From a virus, in IMG/VR virus record IMGVR_UViG_3300025759_000058: a DNA stretch of 64,000 nucleotides. One strand, given 5' to 3'. This document shows, one piece after another, positions 30,166 through 38,208 of this stretch. The translations under genes and the position numbers were made by a program. Below the pieces are notes generated by a model. That model saw only the letters and a list, made by a program, of their open reading frames with translations. It made no database searches and was not told the DNA's origin. Positions within the stretch are counted from its first letter, which is position 1. The number at the start of each line of letters is the position of its first letter.

Positions 30166-30470
30166 TGGCACGTGGACAAGTTTATTTAGCACCTAGCGGA
30201 TCTCAAATCAATCAGTTTGAGACTCAAGGATTTCCGGGCGAATATCATTCGCCATTGGCATATACATCTGGACAAGTTGATTTAACTGGTTCTAATTACG
30301 GTTACGGCGCGGTTATGGTAGTAACTCACGGCAGCGCTACGTTGCATTATGCTGGCGGTACAAGTTCATTAGCTTCTGATTTAACTGCTAAAGATATTTA
30401 CAATTTGTCTGTAGCAAAAATAACTGGCGGGACTGGCGCTAAAATTTATTTATTTAAGAGACAGCAATAA
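30165..30470 (+). CDS. Small virion protein
   Basis: 101 aa, GAGGAG SD, TAATG coupling. Confidence 0.55.
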   Translation: MARGQVYLAPSGSQINQFETQGFPGEYHSPLAYTSGQVDLTGSNYGYGAVMVVTHGSATLHYAGGTSSLASDLTAKDIYNLSVAKITGGTGAKIYLFKRQQ

Positions 30471-31228
30471 TGAAATTGATAGATCAATTAGACTTATACT
30501 TTGAAGCATTGGATAAAATTTCTGATAAAGAAGCAGCACAAGATTTTGATTCTTTAGATGATAAAGATATTGATAATGACGGTGATGTAGATGATACCGA
30601 TTCATATCTTCATAACAAATTAGGCAATGTAGCCAAAAACGTTAACGAGGCAGATAATATCGACCAGCTTCATAGCGATTTTATGCGTATGGTATCTGAT
30701 AAGATATCAGACAACGAAGCTCGAGCGTTAATAAATCAATTAAGACGTCAATATGATGATGAAGAAATTCGTGCAGTTTTAGGACCATTAGGATTATTAC
30801 GCGATGAAATGACAGAAATGTCAACGACAGCGGCCGTGCCTGGCGATATTAAAACGCCATATGCATTTGGTAAGAAAGAGGATGAAAAGGATAATGCTGA
30901 AGTTGTTGGTTATAAAAAAGTACAGGAAAGTGCTTATAAGCGTATGATGCGTGATGTATATGGGATTAAATCAATTGATGAGGCAGTAACATATTCGGAC
31001 TTTAAAAAAGATCCTAAATCAACGCCGCAACAAAAAGTAAATAGAGGCATTGCCGAAGTAAACCGTATGTTAGCAGAAATGGAAAAAATTGTTAATAACA
31101 ACTTACGGTTGAAGCAAGAAATGGGCGTTGATTCATCTCACTTTTGGAAAACTACCGGTAGCCGATTTGCAAAAATAAATGAACGCATGACGCGTATATC
31201 AAATAGATTAAGAGAATTGTCAAAATGA
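30470..31228 (+). CDS. Putative prohead core/internal protein with EF-hand-like loop
   Basis: DKDIDNDGDVDDTD motif; several x-x-E sites (VNE, MTE, VQE, IDE). Confidence 0.55.
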   Translation: MKLIDQLDLYFEALDKISDKEAAQDFDSLDDKDIDNDGDVDDTDSYLHNKLGNVAKNVNEADNIDQLHSDFMRMVSDKISDNEARALINQLRRQYDDEEIRAVLGPLGLLRDEMTEMSTTAAVPGDIKTPYAFGKKEDEKDNAEVVGYKKVQESAYKRMMRDVYGIKSIDEAVTYSDFKKDPKSTPQQKVNRGIAEVNRMLAEMEKIVNNNLRLKQEMGVDSSHFWKTTGSRFAKINERMTRISNRLRELSK

Positions 31229-32019
31229 ACAAAGTAATGAGATATTATCAGACGTGGACAGACTATTCGCGTCGCCCCGAAATTCAATCTTTAATTGAAT
31301 CGAAAGGTATAGAATATGTGCGTCAACAGTATATGCGTGAAGTAAATTATATGCAATGGAATTATCCAAATCAAATAAATGAAACAATGGAACCTGGTCA
31401 ATCCGTTAATAACTCAATTAATAGTGATGGCAGTTCTACTCAATTTATTACAGGATATTCTAAAGAAACGTCTACGTTTACGTTAGCAGATGGATTGACA
31501 GACGGATTTGAAGATGCAATCCATGGGACATTCTTTGATGTATATGCATATAATAACACTGTAGATTATTCATTAGATCATGCTGATAGTGTTAAACAAA
31601 TTAGATGTTTTATAACGACAGGGTCTGCAGAAACATTTTCAAATACCGGCGGCGCAGCATGCGTCATTACCGCATCTGTTGATGGCGTGAGTGGTATTGT
31701 TACGGGTTCAATATTAGAATCGTTTAGAGATGCAATAAATAATCAAGGTGCATCCGCAGTCGTAGCTGGCTTTACAAATACATTTGCGCCATCAGATATA
31801 ATATCAGGTTCGGTAACAGATAATGTATTAACTATTACAAGAGAATATAATGCAGGTGTTCCGGATATATCATTAACAGCCGGCACTAATGCAACTAACT
31901 TATCAGATACTGCATCTGTAGCAACGCCCGTTAATGGTTTAGATACATATTATTATGCGCAAGGTATGCAGGTATTTGATGGAGCGGTTGCGCCTTATTC
32001 AACATTGCCCAGAAAATAA
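31225..32019 (+). CDS. Hypothetical virion protein
   Basis: 264 aa, ATGA overlap, TGS/SGS-rich C-terminal part. Confidence 0.55.
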   Translation: MNKVMRYYQTWTDYSRRPEIQSLIESKGIEYVRQQYMREVNYMQWNYPNQINETMEPGQSVNNSINSDGSSTQFITGYSKETSTFTLADGLTDGFEDAIHGTFFDVYAYNNTVDYSLDHADSVKQIRCFITTGSAETFSNTGGAACVITASVDGVSGIVTGSILESFRDAINNQGASAVVAGFTNTFAPSDIISGSVTDNVLTITREYNAGVPDISLTAGTNATNLSDTASVATPVNGLDTYYYAQGMQVFDGAVAPYSTLPRK

Positions 32020-32029
32020 GGAATAAACA

Positions 32030-32635
32030 ATGTCTAAAACATTATTAGTCGATTATACATTATTTGAAGTATCACCTCAGCAAATAAATGAGTCAATGAC
32101 TCAAAACAATGGCCGTTTAATTGTATCTGGCGTATTGCAACGGGCTGAGGCTAAGAATCAGAATGGACGTATTTATCCTAGAGAAACATTAGTACGTGAA
32201 GCAAAAAAATATTCTGACTCATTTATTGCAGAAAAGCGTGCATTAGGAGAATTAGATCATCCCGATTCATCCGTTGTTAATCTTAATAATGTTTCTCATA
32301 ATGTTTTAGAAATGGCGTGGGCAGGAAATGACCTTGTAGGAAAGGTTGAGGTATTATCGACGCCTTCAGGAAATATTCTTAAAGAGTTATTTAAGTCTGG
32401 TATTCGTTTAGGCATTTCATCTCGCGGTATGGGGTCTGTTAAAGAAGTAATGAAAGAGGGCGAAAATACATTAGAAGTGCAACCTGACTTTGAATTAATT
32501 GCTTTTGATTTTGTATCAAATCCATCTACTCATGGCGCATTTTTGTCGCCGGTTAATGAATCAGTAAATAAAGTTACGAACAATATGTATGGAACAGTTG
32601 ATCGTATAATTACTGATATCATTAGAGAGTTTTGA
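32030..32635 (+). CDS. Prohead protease (gp21-like)
   Basis: NQNGRIYP, ALGELDHP, VSH, TPSG, GISSRGMGS, DFVSNPS. Confidence 0.95.
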   Translation: MSKTLLVDYTLFEVSPQQINESMTQNNGRLIVSGVLQRAEAKNQNGRIYPRETLVREAKKYSDSFIAEKRALGELDHPDSSVVNLNNVSHNVLEMAWAGNDLVGKVEVLSTPSGNILKELFKSGIRLGISSRGMGSVKEVMKEGENTLEVQPDFELIAFDFVSNPSTHGAFLSPVNESVNKVTNNMYGTVDRIITDIIREF

Positions 32636-32901
32636 TGAAATTACCAATATCGTTTGATCAATTTACAAAAAATCCTGTCTCGGCAATTGCATTTGTTGCT
32701 TTAGGCGTTATAGGGTATTTGTATGTCGATATGATTAAAGTACATGAAGCACAGTTAACTAACTTAGACCGAACATGTACACAGCGCATTAATGACCATA
32801 AAGAGCGAATTGAGTCATTAGAAGAAACAGTAGTCCGTTATGAGGATAAGTTAGACCAAATAAATGATAAGTTACTCAAATGTTTAGGACAAGACAATTA
32901 A
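32635..32901 (+). CDS. Single-TM + coiled-coil membrane protein (i-spanin-like candidate)
   Basis: AIAFVALGVIGYLYV TM then heptads with 2 Cys; TGATG-coupled to the protease. Confidence 0.5.
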   Translation: MKLPISFDQFTKNPVSAIAFVALGVIGYLYVDMIKVHEAQLTNLDRTCTQRINDHKERIESLEETVVRYEDKLDQINDKLLKCLGQDN

Positions 32902-33437
32902 TAATAGCTAGTGCACTTATATTAATAGGATGTAGTGAGCAACTCGAATCGCCTCAATATTTCAGCACGGAGCCAGAGATAGTTGATTCGATCCAAACTA
33001 AAAACCAATGGGAAGGATTGTCTAGTATAGATGCTACATTAGCTATGGCAGACGAGGTAATGGCTAAACAGATGGAAGAAGAACGCCGTACACAAAATAC
33101 TATAATTAGATTACGTACTACTGTGACTAGCGAAGAGGCTATAATAGATTCATTGCGGTCTTCAATAAGTTTTCGTGATAGTTTAATAAATCAATTAGGT
33201 TCTATACAAAAAACGCAACATGCGAGTATAGTAAATTTACGTGAAGAATTGCAACATAGGCAACATATATGTACTACAGAATGTACACCTACAATATTCC
33301 AATTAAAAAATGAAAATAAACAATTATTAAATTATATACAAGAGTTACAGAGTCAAATCGAAATAATGGATTCGTTATTATTAGATAACAGAAAAACGAG
33401 AAAAATCTATGAACCTACTACCGGAAGATCTTTTTGA
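32880..33437 (+). CDS. Lipoprotein with coiled coils (o-spanin-like candidate)
   Basis: MFRTRQLIIASALILIG-C lipobox; overlaps the 3' end of the preceding TM gene. Confidence 0.55.
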   Translation: MFRTRQLIIASALILIGCSEQLESPQYFSTEPEIVDSIQTKNQWEGLSSIDATLAMADEVMAKQMEEERRTQNTIIRLRTTVTSEEAIIDSLRSSISFRDSLINQLGSIQKTQHASIVNLREELQHRQHICTTECTPTIFQLKNENKQLLNYIQELQSQIEIMDSLLLDNRKTRKIYEPTTGRSF

Positions 33438-33525
33438 TTTACCAGAATTTAAAGTACTACCATGGTATAAAAGATTTTGGATTAGATTAAAGGTAGCATT
33501 TTTTACTTTTAACTCTTATATGTGA
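33409..33525 (+). CDS. 38-aa micro-ORF absent from the ORF track
   Basis: MNLLPEDLFDLPEFKVLPWYKRFWIRLKVAFFTFNSYM*; fills the gap and its TGA overlaps the holin ATG (TGATG). Confidence 0.6.
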   Translation: MNLLPEDLFDLPEFKVLPWYKRFWIRLKVAFFTFNSYM

Positions 33526-33941
33526 TGACTAAATCTACAACTATTATAATAGGCCTTACATCGACATTAAGTTTTTTATGTTCATATTTTTTAAACTTGA
33601 CATTAGATAATGTTGAACAGTTTTTAGGTATAGCATGTGTCGTTTTATTAGATGGCTTTTTTGGAATTATTGCTGGTACAAAAAGAGAAGGATTTAAAAC
33701 TTTTAAAGCCCTTAGTGTACTTCGAACATTAGCAGTATGGTGGATTATCTTAGGAGCTATTCTAGCGGTAGAACAAGGATTTGTAGGTGCCGGATGGTTA
33801 TCAGAAACTATTATAATTCCATTTTTACTATTTCAAATTATAAGCGCTCTTAAAAATGCCTCAATGGCTGGTTTTATTAAAATGGATTTGTTAAATCAAA
33901 TCTTAGATAAAATTGACAATCATAAAGGTATTAGAAAATGA
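33525..33941 (+). CDS. Holin (phage holin 4_1/TcdE-like)
   Basis: 3-4 TM segments; LLDGFFGIIAG and QIISALKNASMAG resemble the D..TG / E..S..EN...G pattern; charged C-tail. Confidence 0.65.
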   Translation: MTKSTTIIIGLTSTLSFLCSYFLNLTLDNVEQFLGIACVVLLDGFFGIIAGTKREGFKTFKALSVLRTLAVWWIILGAILAVEQGFVGAGWLSETIIIPFLLFQIISALKNASMAGFIKMDLLNQILDKIDNHKGIRK

Positions 33942-34126
33942 AAAATTGGACTTCGGTTAGAGCAGTATATTTGCTCATGTCAATTGTGTTATTAATTGGC
34001 TTTAGTTTAAAAAATTGGTGGATAGTATTATTTGTAATAACAATGCTTCAAGTTGGAGTATGGACTAAGTTTTGCCCTTCTAAATGGTTATTTGAAAAAA
34101 TAGGCCTGCAGAAGAGCAAACTTTAA
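33938..34126 (+). CDS. DUF2892/YgaP-like two-TM membrane protein
   Basis: R.VY...TM-TM then TKFCPSKWLFEKIG (FCP motif). Confidence 0.7.
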   Translation: MKNWTSVRAVYLLMSIVLLIGFSLKNWWIVLFVITMLQVGVWTKFCPSKWLFEKIGLQKSKL

Positions 34127-35391
34127 TGTCATTAAATTTTTTAAACATATCATTACGCTCTAAAATTTGTTTAGTGTGCGCTACGCTAATAATGCTTAGC
34201 TTCTTTGTAGTTAAGACATTATTATTGATGGAAGTGTTTGATTATTCAGAATTTACAAATTGGTATGAATATTTGTCAGTTATTTTATTTATGCCACCTT
34301 TTTTTACCGTCGTTTCTGAATTTCTTTCAAAAGCTAAAAAAGAAGTAGCCGTTAAAGCTGATTTAGAATCATTATTAAATGAATCTTGTTTAGTATCTAA
34401 AGCAGATGCGCGAGGCAAAATTACATATGTAAATGATAAATTTGTTGAAATATCAAAGTATTCACGTGAAGAGTTAATAGGACAAGATCACGTTCTATTA
34501 AACTCAGGTGTACAAGATAAACAGTTTTGGGTAGATATGTACAAAACTGTCTTGCGAGATAAACAAATCTGGAATAAGTTTGTTACTAACGTCGATAAAC
34601 ATGGCAAACATTATATCGTTAATTCTTGGATCATAGCTCATTTCGATGAAAAGGATAAGCTTAGAGGGTTTACATCTGTCCGGCAAGATGTAACTGAACT
34701 AGTTAATACATTAGAAGCTATTAAACAAAAAGATGTTTATTTAGAACATGCCGCAAAGATTATTAGACATGATATGCATTCTGGTATTAATACGTATTTA
34801 CCCCGGGGCATTAAATCATTAAAACGTAGATTGAATGATGAACAAATTAAAAAGTTACGTATACAAGCACCATTACAATTAATTCAAGATGGATTACATC
34901 ATGCTCAAAAAGTATACGCTGGCGTGTATGAGTTTACTAATCTAGTTAAGCATAACGCCCAAATGTCTAAACAAGCATGTGATATAAAATTTATATTAGA
35001 AGACTATTTACGTTTAACGGCGTATAAGAATCAAGTAATATTAGATGATAATCTGCCTAAAGATTTGCATGTCAATGAAGCTTTGTTTTGTACGGCATTA
35101 GATAATCTAATACGAAATGGGTTAAAGTATAATGATTCTAAAACAAAGTACGTAAAAATATATTCAGAGTTTAAACAAGGTCAACAATATTTATGTATAG
35201 AAGATAATGGCCGCGGCATGTCTCAAGAAGAGTTTGAGGTACTGTCTAAGCCATATCAGAGAAAAGAAGGCCAGAAAGAAGAAGGTACGGGTTTAGGGTT
35301 AAACATATGTATTGAAATCTTAAAGGAGCATGGTTTTGAAATTATTTCAAATAAATTAGATGTTGGAACTAAGATAACGGTAAAAATATGA
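34126..35391 (+). CDS. Membrane-bound PAS/PAC sensor histidine kinase
   Basis: 2 TM; PAS (ADARGKITYVNDKFVEISKYSREELIGQDH..LNSG...RQDVTE); H-box IRHDMHS; N-box DNLIRNGLKY; G1 EDNGRGM; G2 GTGLGL. Confidence 0.93.
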   Translation: MSLNFLNISLRSKICLVCATLIMLSFFVVKTLLLMEVFDYSEFTNWYEYLSVILFMPPFFTVVSEFLSKAKKEVAVKADLESLLNESCLVSKADARGKITYVNDKFVEISKYSREELIGQDHVLLNSGVQDKQFWVDMYKTVLRDKQIWNKFVTNVDKHGKHYIVNSWIIAHFDEKDKLRGFTSVRQDVTELVNTLEAIKQKDVYLEHAAKIIRHDMHSGINTYLPRGIKSLKRRLNDEQIKKLRIQAPLQLIQDGLHHAQKVYAGVYEFTNLVKHNAQMSKQACDIKFILEDYLRLTAYKNQVILDDNLPKDLHVNEALFCTALDNLIRNGLKYNDSKTKYVKIYSEFKQGQQYLCIEDNGRGMSQEEFEVLSKPYQRKEGQKEEGTGLGLNICIEILKEHGFEIISNKLDVGTKITVKI

Positions 35392-35825
35392 TTAATACAT
35401 TAATGTTAATAGATGATGAAAATTTATTTCATCTTGTCTTTGAGGATGCATGTTCATTGTTAGATATGGCATTGTCGATAGAAGCATTAGATAGCTCGGA
35501 TGAAGCAGATAAAAAATTCAAAGAATGGTTTCCGGACGATCCGAATCACGAACGACCCGAATGTGTGTTTGTAGACTTAAATATTATTGGTTCTTCTATG
35601 GACGGAATCGAAACTATTAGAAAAATAAATACTGACTATGGTAATGGTTGTGTAATTGGTATTATTTCATCATCTGAAGACGAAGAAGAAATTGCCAAAG
35701 CAAAAGCAGTAGGAGCTCAATTTTGGATTATTAAGTCCGATGATATAGAACCTAGGTTAGAGTCGTTTATGGAAGATTATAATGGATATGTTAATAAAAC
35801 AGCTCCATTTAAAGTATATAGATAA
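35388..35825 (+). CDS. Single-domain response regulator (receiver only)
   Basis: LMLIDDE acidic pocket, FVDLN phospho-acceptor Asp, DGIE, ISSS, WIIK. Confidence 0.9.
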   Translation: MINTLMLIDDENLFHLVFEDACSLLDMALSIEALDSSDEADKKFKEWFPDDPNHERPECVFVDLNIIGSSMDGIETIRKINTDYGNGCVIGIISSSEDEEEIAKAKAVGAQFWIIKSDDIEPRLESFMEDYNGYVNKTAPFKVYR

Positions 35826-36421
35826 TGATTGAAATAACAGAACATACTAGGAATGTTCTACTCGAGGTTGCTAAAAAGAAAAAAATCTACGTAGAAGGAA
35901 GTTTCTTAAAAATTTTAAAAGCACCAAAAGGTGATACAGAGTTCGAAGACTACCTTACATTATGTAAAGAAAAAGATGTTGCAGCTCGTAGAAAACGAAT
36001 GGAAGTTGCAAAAGAAGTGCAGCAACAAAATAAAGAGCTTGAAGCAGCTGCAAAGAAGAATTCAAATTTAATGACTGAACTGCAATCGGCATTAGACGAG
36101 ACAAAACGATCTGAAGAAGAAGCGAATGAGTTACGACGTCAAGCAGAACAATTGCGAGACCAAGCAGTAAATGATTTAGATATTTTGCAAAAACGTACAC
36201 AGTTTGAGTTAATAGGAACGATTGTACGTAGTGCATTATATGTTATTATTGGCGTTGGGTTATTAACAACGGCATTATATGTTTATGTAATGTCGCAAGG
36301 TTTTGATTCTAAAATCATAGAATCGACATGGTCTAATTTATTTGGTATACTTTTGACAAATTCATTTAGTATTGTAGGTACTATTATGGGAGTCAAGTAT
36401 GCTACAGATAAGGAAAAGTGA
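35825..36421 (+). CDS. Coiled-coil protein with two C-terminal TM helices
   Basis: Long heptad region then ALYVIIGVGLLTTALYVYV and LFGILLTNSFSIVGTIMGV; TAATG-coupled to the RR. Confidence 0.7.
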   Translation: MIEITEHTRNVLLEVAKKKKIYVEGSFLKILKAPKGDTEFEDYLTLCKEKDVAARRKRMEVAKEVQQQNKELEAAAKKNSNLMTELQSALDETKRSEEEANELRRQAEQLRDQAVNDLDILQKRTQFELIGTIVRSALYVIIGVGLLTTALYVYVMSQGFDSKIIESTWSNLFGILLTNSFSIVGTIMGVKYATDKEK

Positions 36422-36801
36422 TGTATGAATATAATGCAATAGTTGATAGAGTCATCGACGGTGATACTATTGATTGTACGATAGATTTAGGCTTTCGTAC
36501 ATGGAAAAAAATACGCGTAAGGATGGAAGGAATTAATACACCGGAATCTAGAACACGTGATTTAGAAGAAAAGGCTAGAGGAAAAGCTGCCGCGGCTCGT
36601 TTAGAAGAAATACTTAATTTAAACAATAACAAGTGTGTGCTGAAGGTATCTGGTATAGGTAAATTTGGAAGGGCGTTAGCTTCTGTCTTTGTCACCTCAT
36701 TATCGCCGATTGACGGTCCTTCGTCATTGACATTAATTAACGTAAATAAACAATTGATTGAAGAGGGCCATGCTGTAGAATATCACGGTGGTAAACGATA
36801 A
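36421..36801 (+). CDS. Thermonuclease (SNase family)
   Basis: RVIDGDTI, RMEGINTPE, GKFGRALA, VNKQLIEEGHA; no signal peptide. Confidence 0.9.
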   Translation: MYEYNAIVDRVIDGDTIDCTIDLGFRTWKKIRVRMEGINTPESRTRDLEEKARGKAAAARLEEILNLNNNKCVLKVSGIGKFGRALASVFVTSLSPIDGPSSLTLINVNKQLIEEGHAVEYHGGKR

Positions 36802-36832
36802 ATGCTTCATATTTATTAAAAAGGAATTTATA

Positions 36833-37012
36833 ATGGCATTAGTAGATAAAACATCTAAGTACGGGCCAACGAATCCAATCGGAAAACGTGGAACGGGTGA
36901 ATTGGTAGATTTACTTGCATTCGAAACAGGTGCTGGTAATGTTGGTGTCGCTAGTAAATACGGACCTGTACAGTATGGTAAGCAGCCTAACAGATATGAG
37001 GATGCGGTCTAA
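36833..37012 (+). CDS. Small virion protein (59 aa)
   Basis: ATATTTAT 36809 and AAGGA precede ATG 36833; SKYGP repeated twice. Confidence 0.55.
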   Translation: MALVDKTSKYGPTNPIGKRGTGELVDLLAFETGAGNVGVASKYGPVQYGKQPNRYEDAV

Positions 37013-37335
37013 TGATTAAGCTAATTGGTTTAGTTAAACAACATCGCCGTCTAACTGAAGTGGATGACATTCCAATGAATCCATCAACTGATCCAGCCGC
37101 TGAGCCAACTGGTATCATTGATAAAGAAGACATACTTAACCGTATATCCAATATTGTTCAAGAGTTAGAAGCTATCGATGATGAATTAATGAATGCATTG
37201 ACCGATGCCGAAGAAACAACCGGTAGTATAGAATACCGTACAGCTAAAGCAGTATTAAGCCGTTATTTATCAGCCGCATTAAAAAATTTAAAACGAATAG
37301 AGCGGCCGATTAAAGGAATAAAAGGATCGTTATGA
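37012..37335 (+). CDS. Putative internal head protein
   Basis: MIKLIGLV...LTE leader. Confidence 0.5.
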   Translation: MIKLIGLVKQHRRLTEVDDIPMNPSTDPAAEPTGIIDKEDILNRISNIVQELEAIDDELMNALTDAEETTGSIEYRTAKAVLSRYLSAALKNLKRIERPIKGIKGSL

Positions 37336-37877
37336 GCAAGTGGGAATCACAACTTTTAAAACATATTCTTAATGAAAAGTATTTGGGCGAAGAAGAAGAC
37401 CAAAAAATGTCTAAAAACGAACGTAAGTCGTTTCTAGAAACAGTTTCAAACTATCAAGATCTTGGCAAACAAGTGTATAGAGAAAATACATTAGTTGAAT
37501 TGTCTAAGACATTAGGCGGCATCGTTGAGCAAGCTGAAAAATTAACATTAGATGAGTCAGAACATTGGTTTGATAATGTAACGGTGTCACGACATATGAA
37601 GCAGATGAATGAGGCATATAAAGTCTTTGAAAAGACTGCAAAAGAAATGTCAGGCTTACAGCAGCGATTAGAATCTGCATATGAAGATATGGGTTCAATT
37701 TTAAATCGTTATTATGACATGAATAGTGCAATTAGTGAAGATCAGTATACTGCCGGTGTAGATGATGGCGAGGCTGGCGATGCATTACAAGAAGACCAAT
37801 ATACAGCAGGTGTAAATGATCAAGGTCCTGGCTTTCATGATCATATGACGGCTACAAAATCAAACCGCATTAAATAA
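37332..37877 (+). CDS. Head-cluster protein with duplicated EDQYTAGV.D tail
   Basis: ILNE leader; helical core; C-terminal peptide repeat. Confidence 0.55.
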   Translation: MSKWESQLLKHILNEKYLGEEEDQKMSKNERKSFLETVSNYQDLGKQVYRENTLVELSKTLGGIVEQAEKLTLDESEHWFDNVTVSRHMKQMNEAYKVFEKTAKEMSGLQQRLESAYEDMGSILNRYYDMNSAISEDQYTAGVDDGEAGDALQEDQYTAGVNDQGPGFHDHMTATKSNRIK

Positions 37878-37889
37878 TAAACATTTTTT

Positions 37890-37919
37890 TTGTACTTTGA
37901 AAAAACGTTATTATATTTA
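37890..37919 (+). promoter_or_regulatory. Bacteroidota sigmaA-like promoter candidate overlapping an ATATTTAT motif, upstream of bS21
   Basis: TTG (37890-92), 19-nt spacer, TATATTTA (37912-19). Confidence 0.45.
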
Positions 37920-37943
37920 TAGTATAAACTAAACTAGTTATAA

Positions 37944-38195
37944 ATGAATTCAAAACAGTACAAGAAGCATCAAGCTATTTTACCTGGCGCCGGCATCGGC
38001 GTCCGGTTAACTTCCGGAAAAGATCGCAAATCAAATATTGAACGTGCACTGCGAGACTGGAAAAAGCAAGTTAAAGATGCCGGCATAATAACGGCATTAA
38101 AAAATAGAATGCAATACGAAAAGCCATCAGTGACTAGACGTATTGCTAAAAAGAAAGCTAGATATATAGCAAAAATTCAATCAGAACAAAATTAA
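37944..38195 (+). CDS. rpsU: Phage-encoded 30S ribosomal protein bS21
   Basis: NIERALRDWKKQVKDAGII..LK.R..YEKPSVTRR...KKARY matches the S21 pattern. Confidence 0.88.
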   Translation: MNSKQYKKHQAILPGAGIGVRLTSGKDRKSNIERALRDWKKQVKDAGIITALKNRMQYEKPSVTRRIAKKKARYIAKIQSEQN

Positions 38196-38208
38196 AGGAG
38201 AAATAGAT

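Noticed and set aside
33938-36421. HK/RR block as host contamination or misassembly
   Set aside because: Seamless start/stop overlaps with phage-type genes (holin, SNase) on both sides and similar composition; read mapping would confirm
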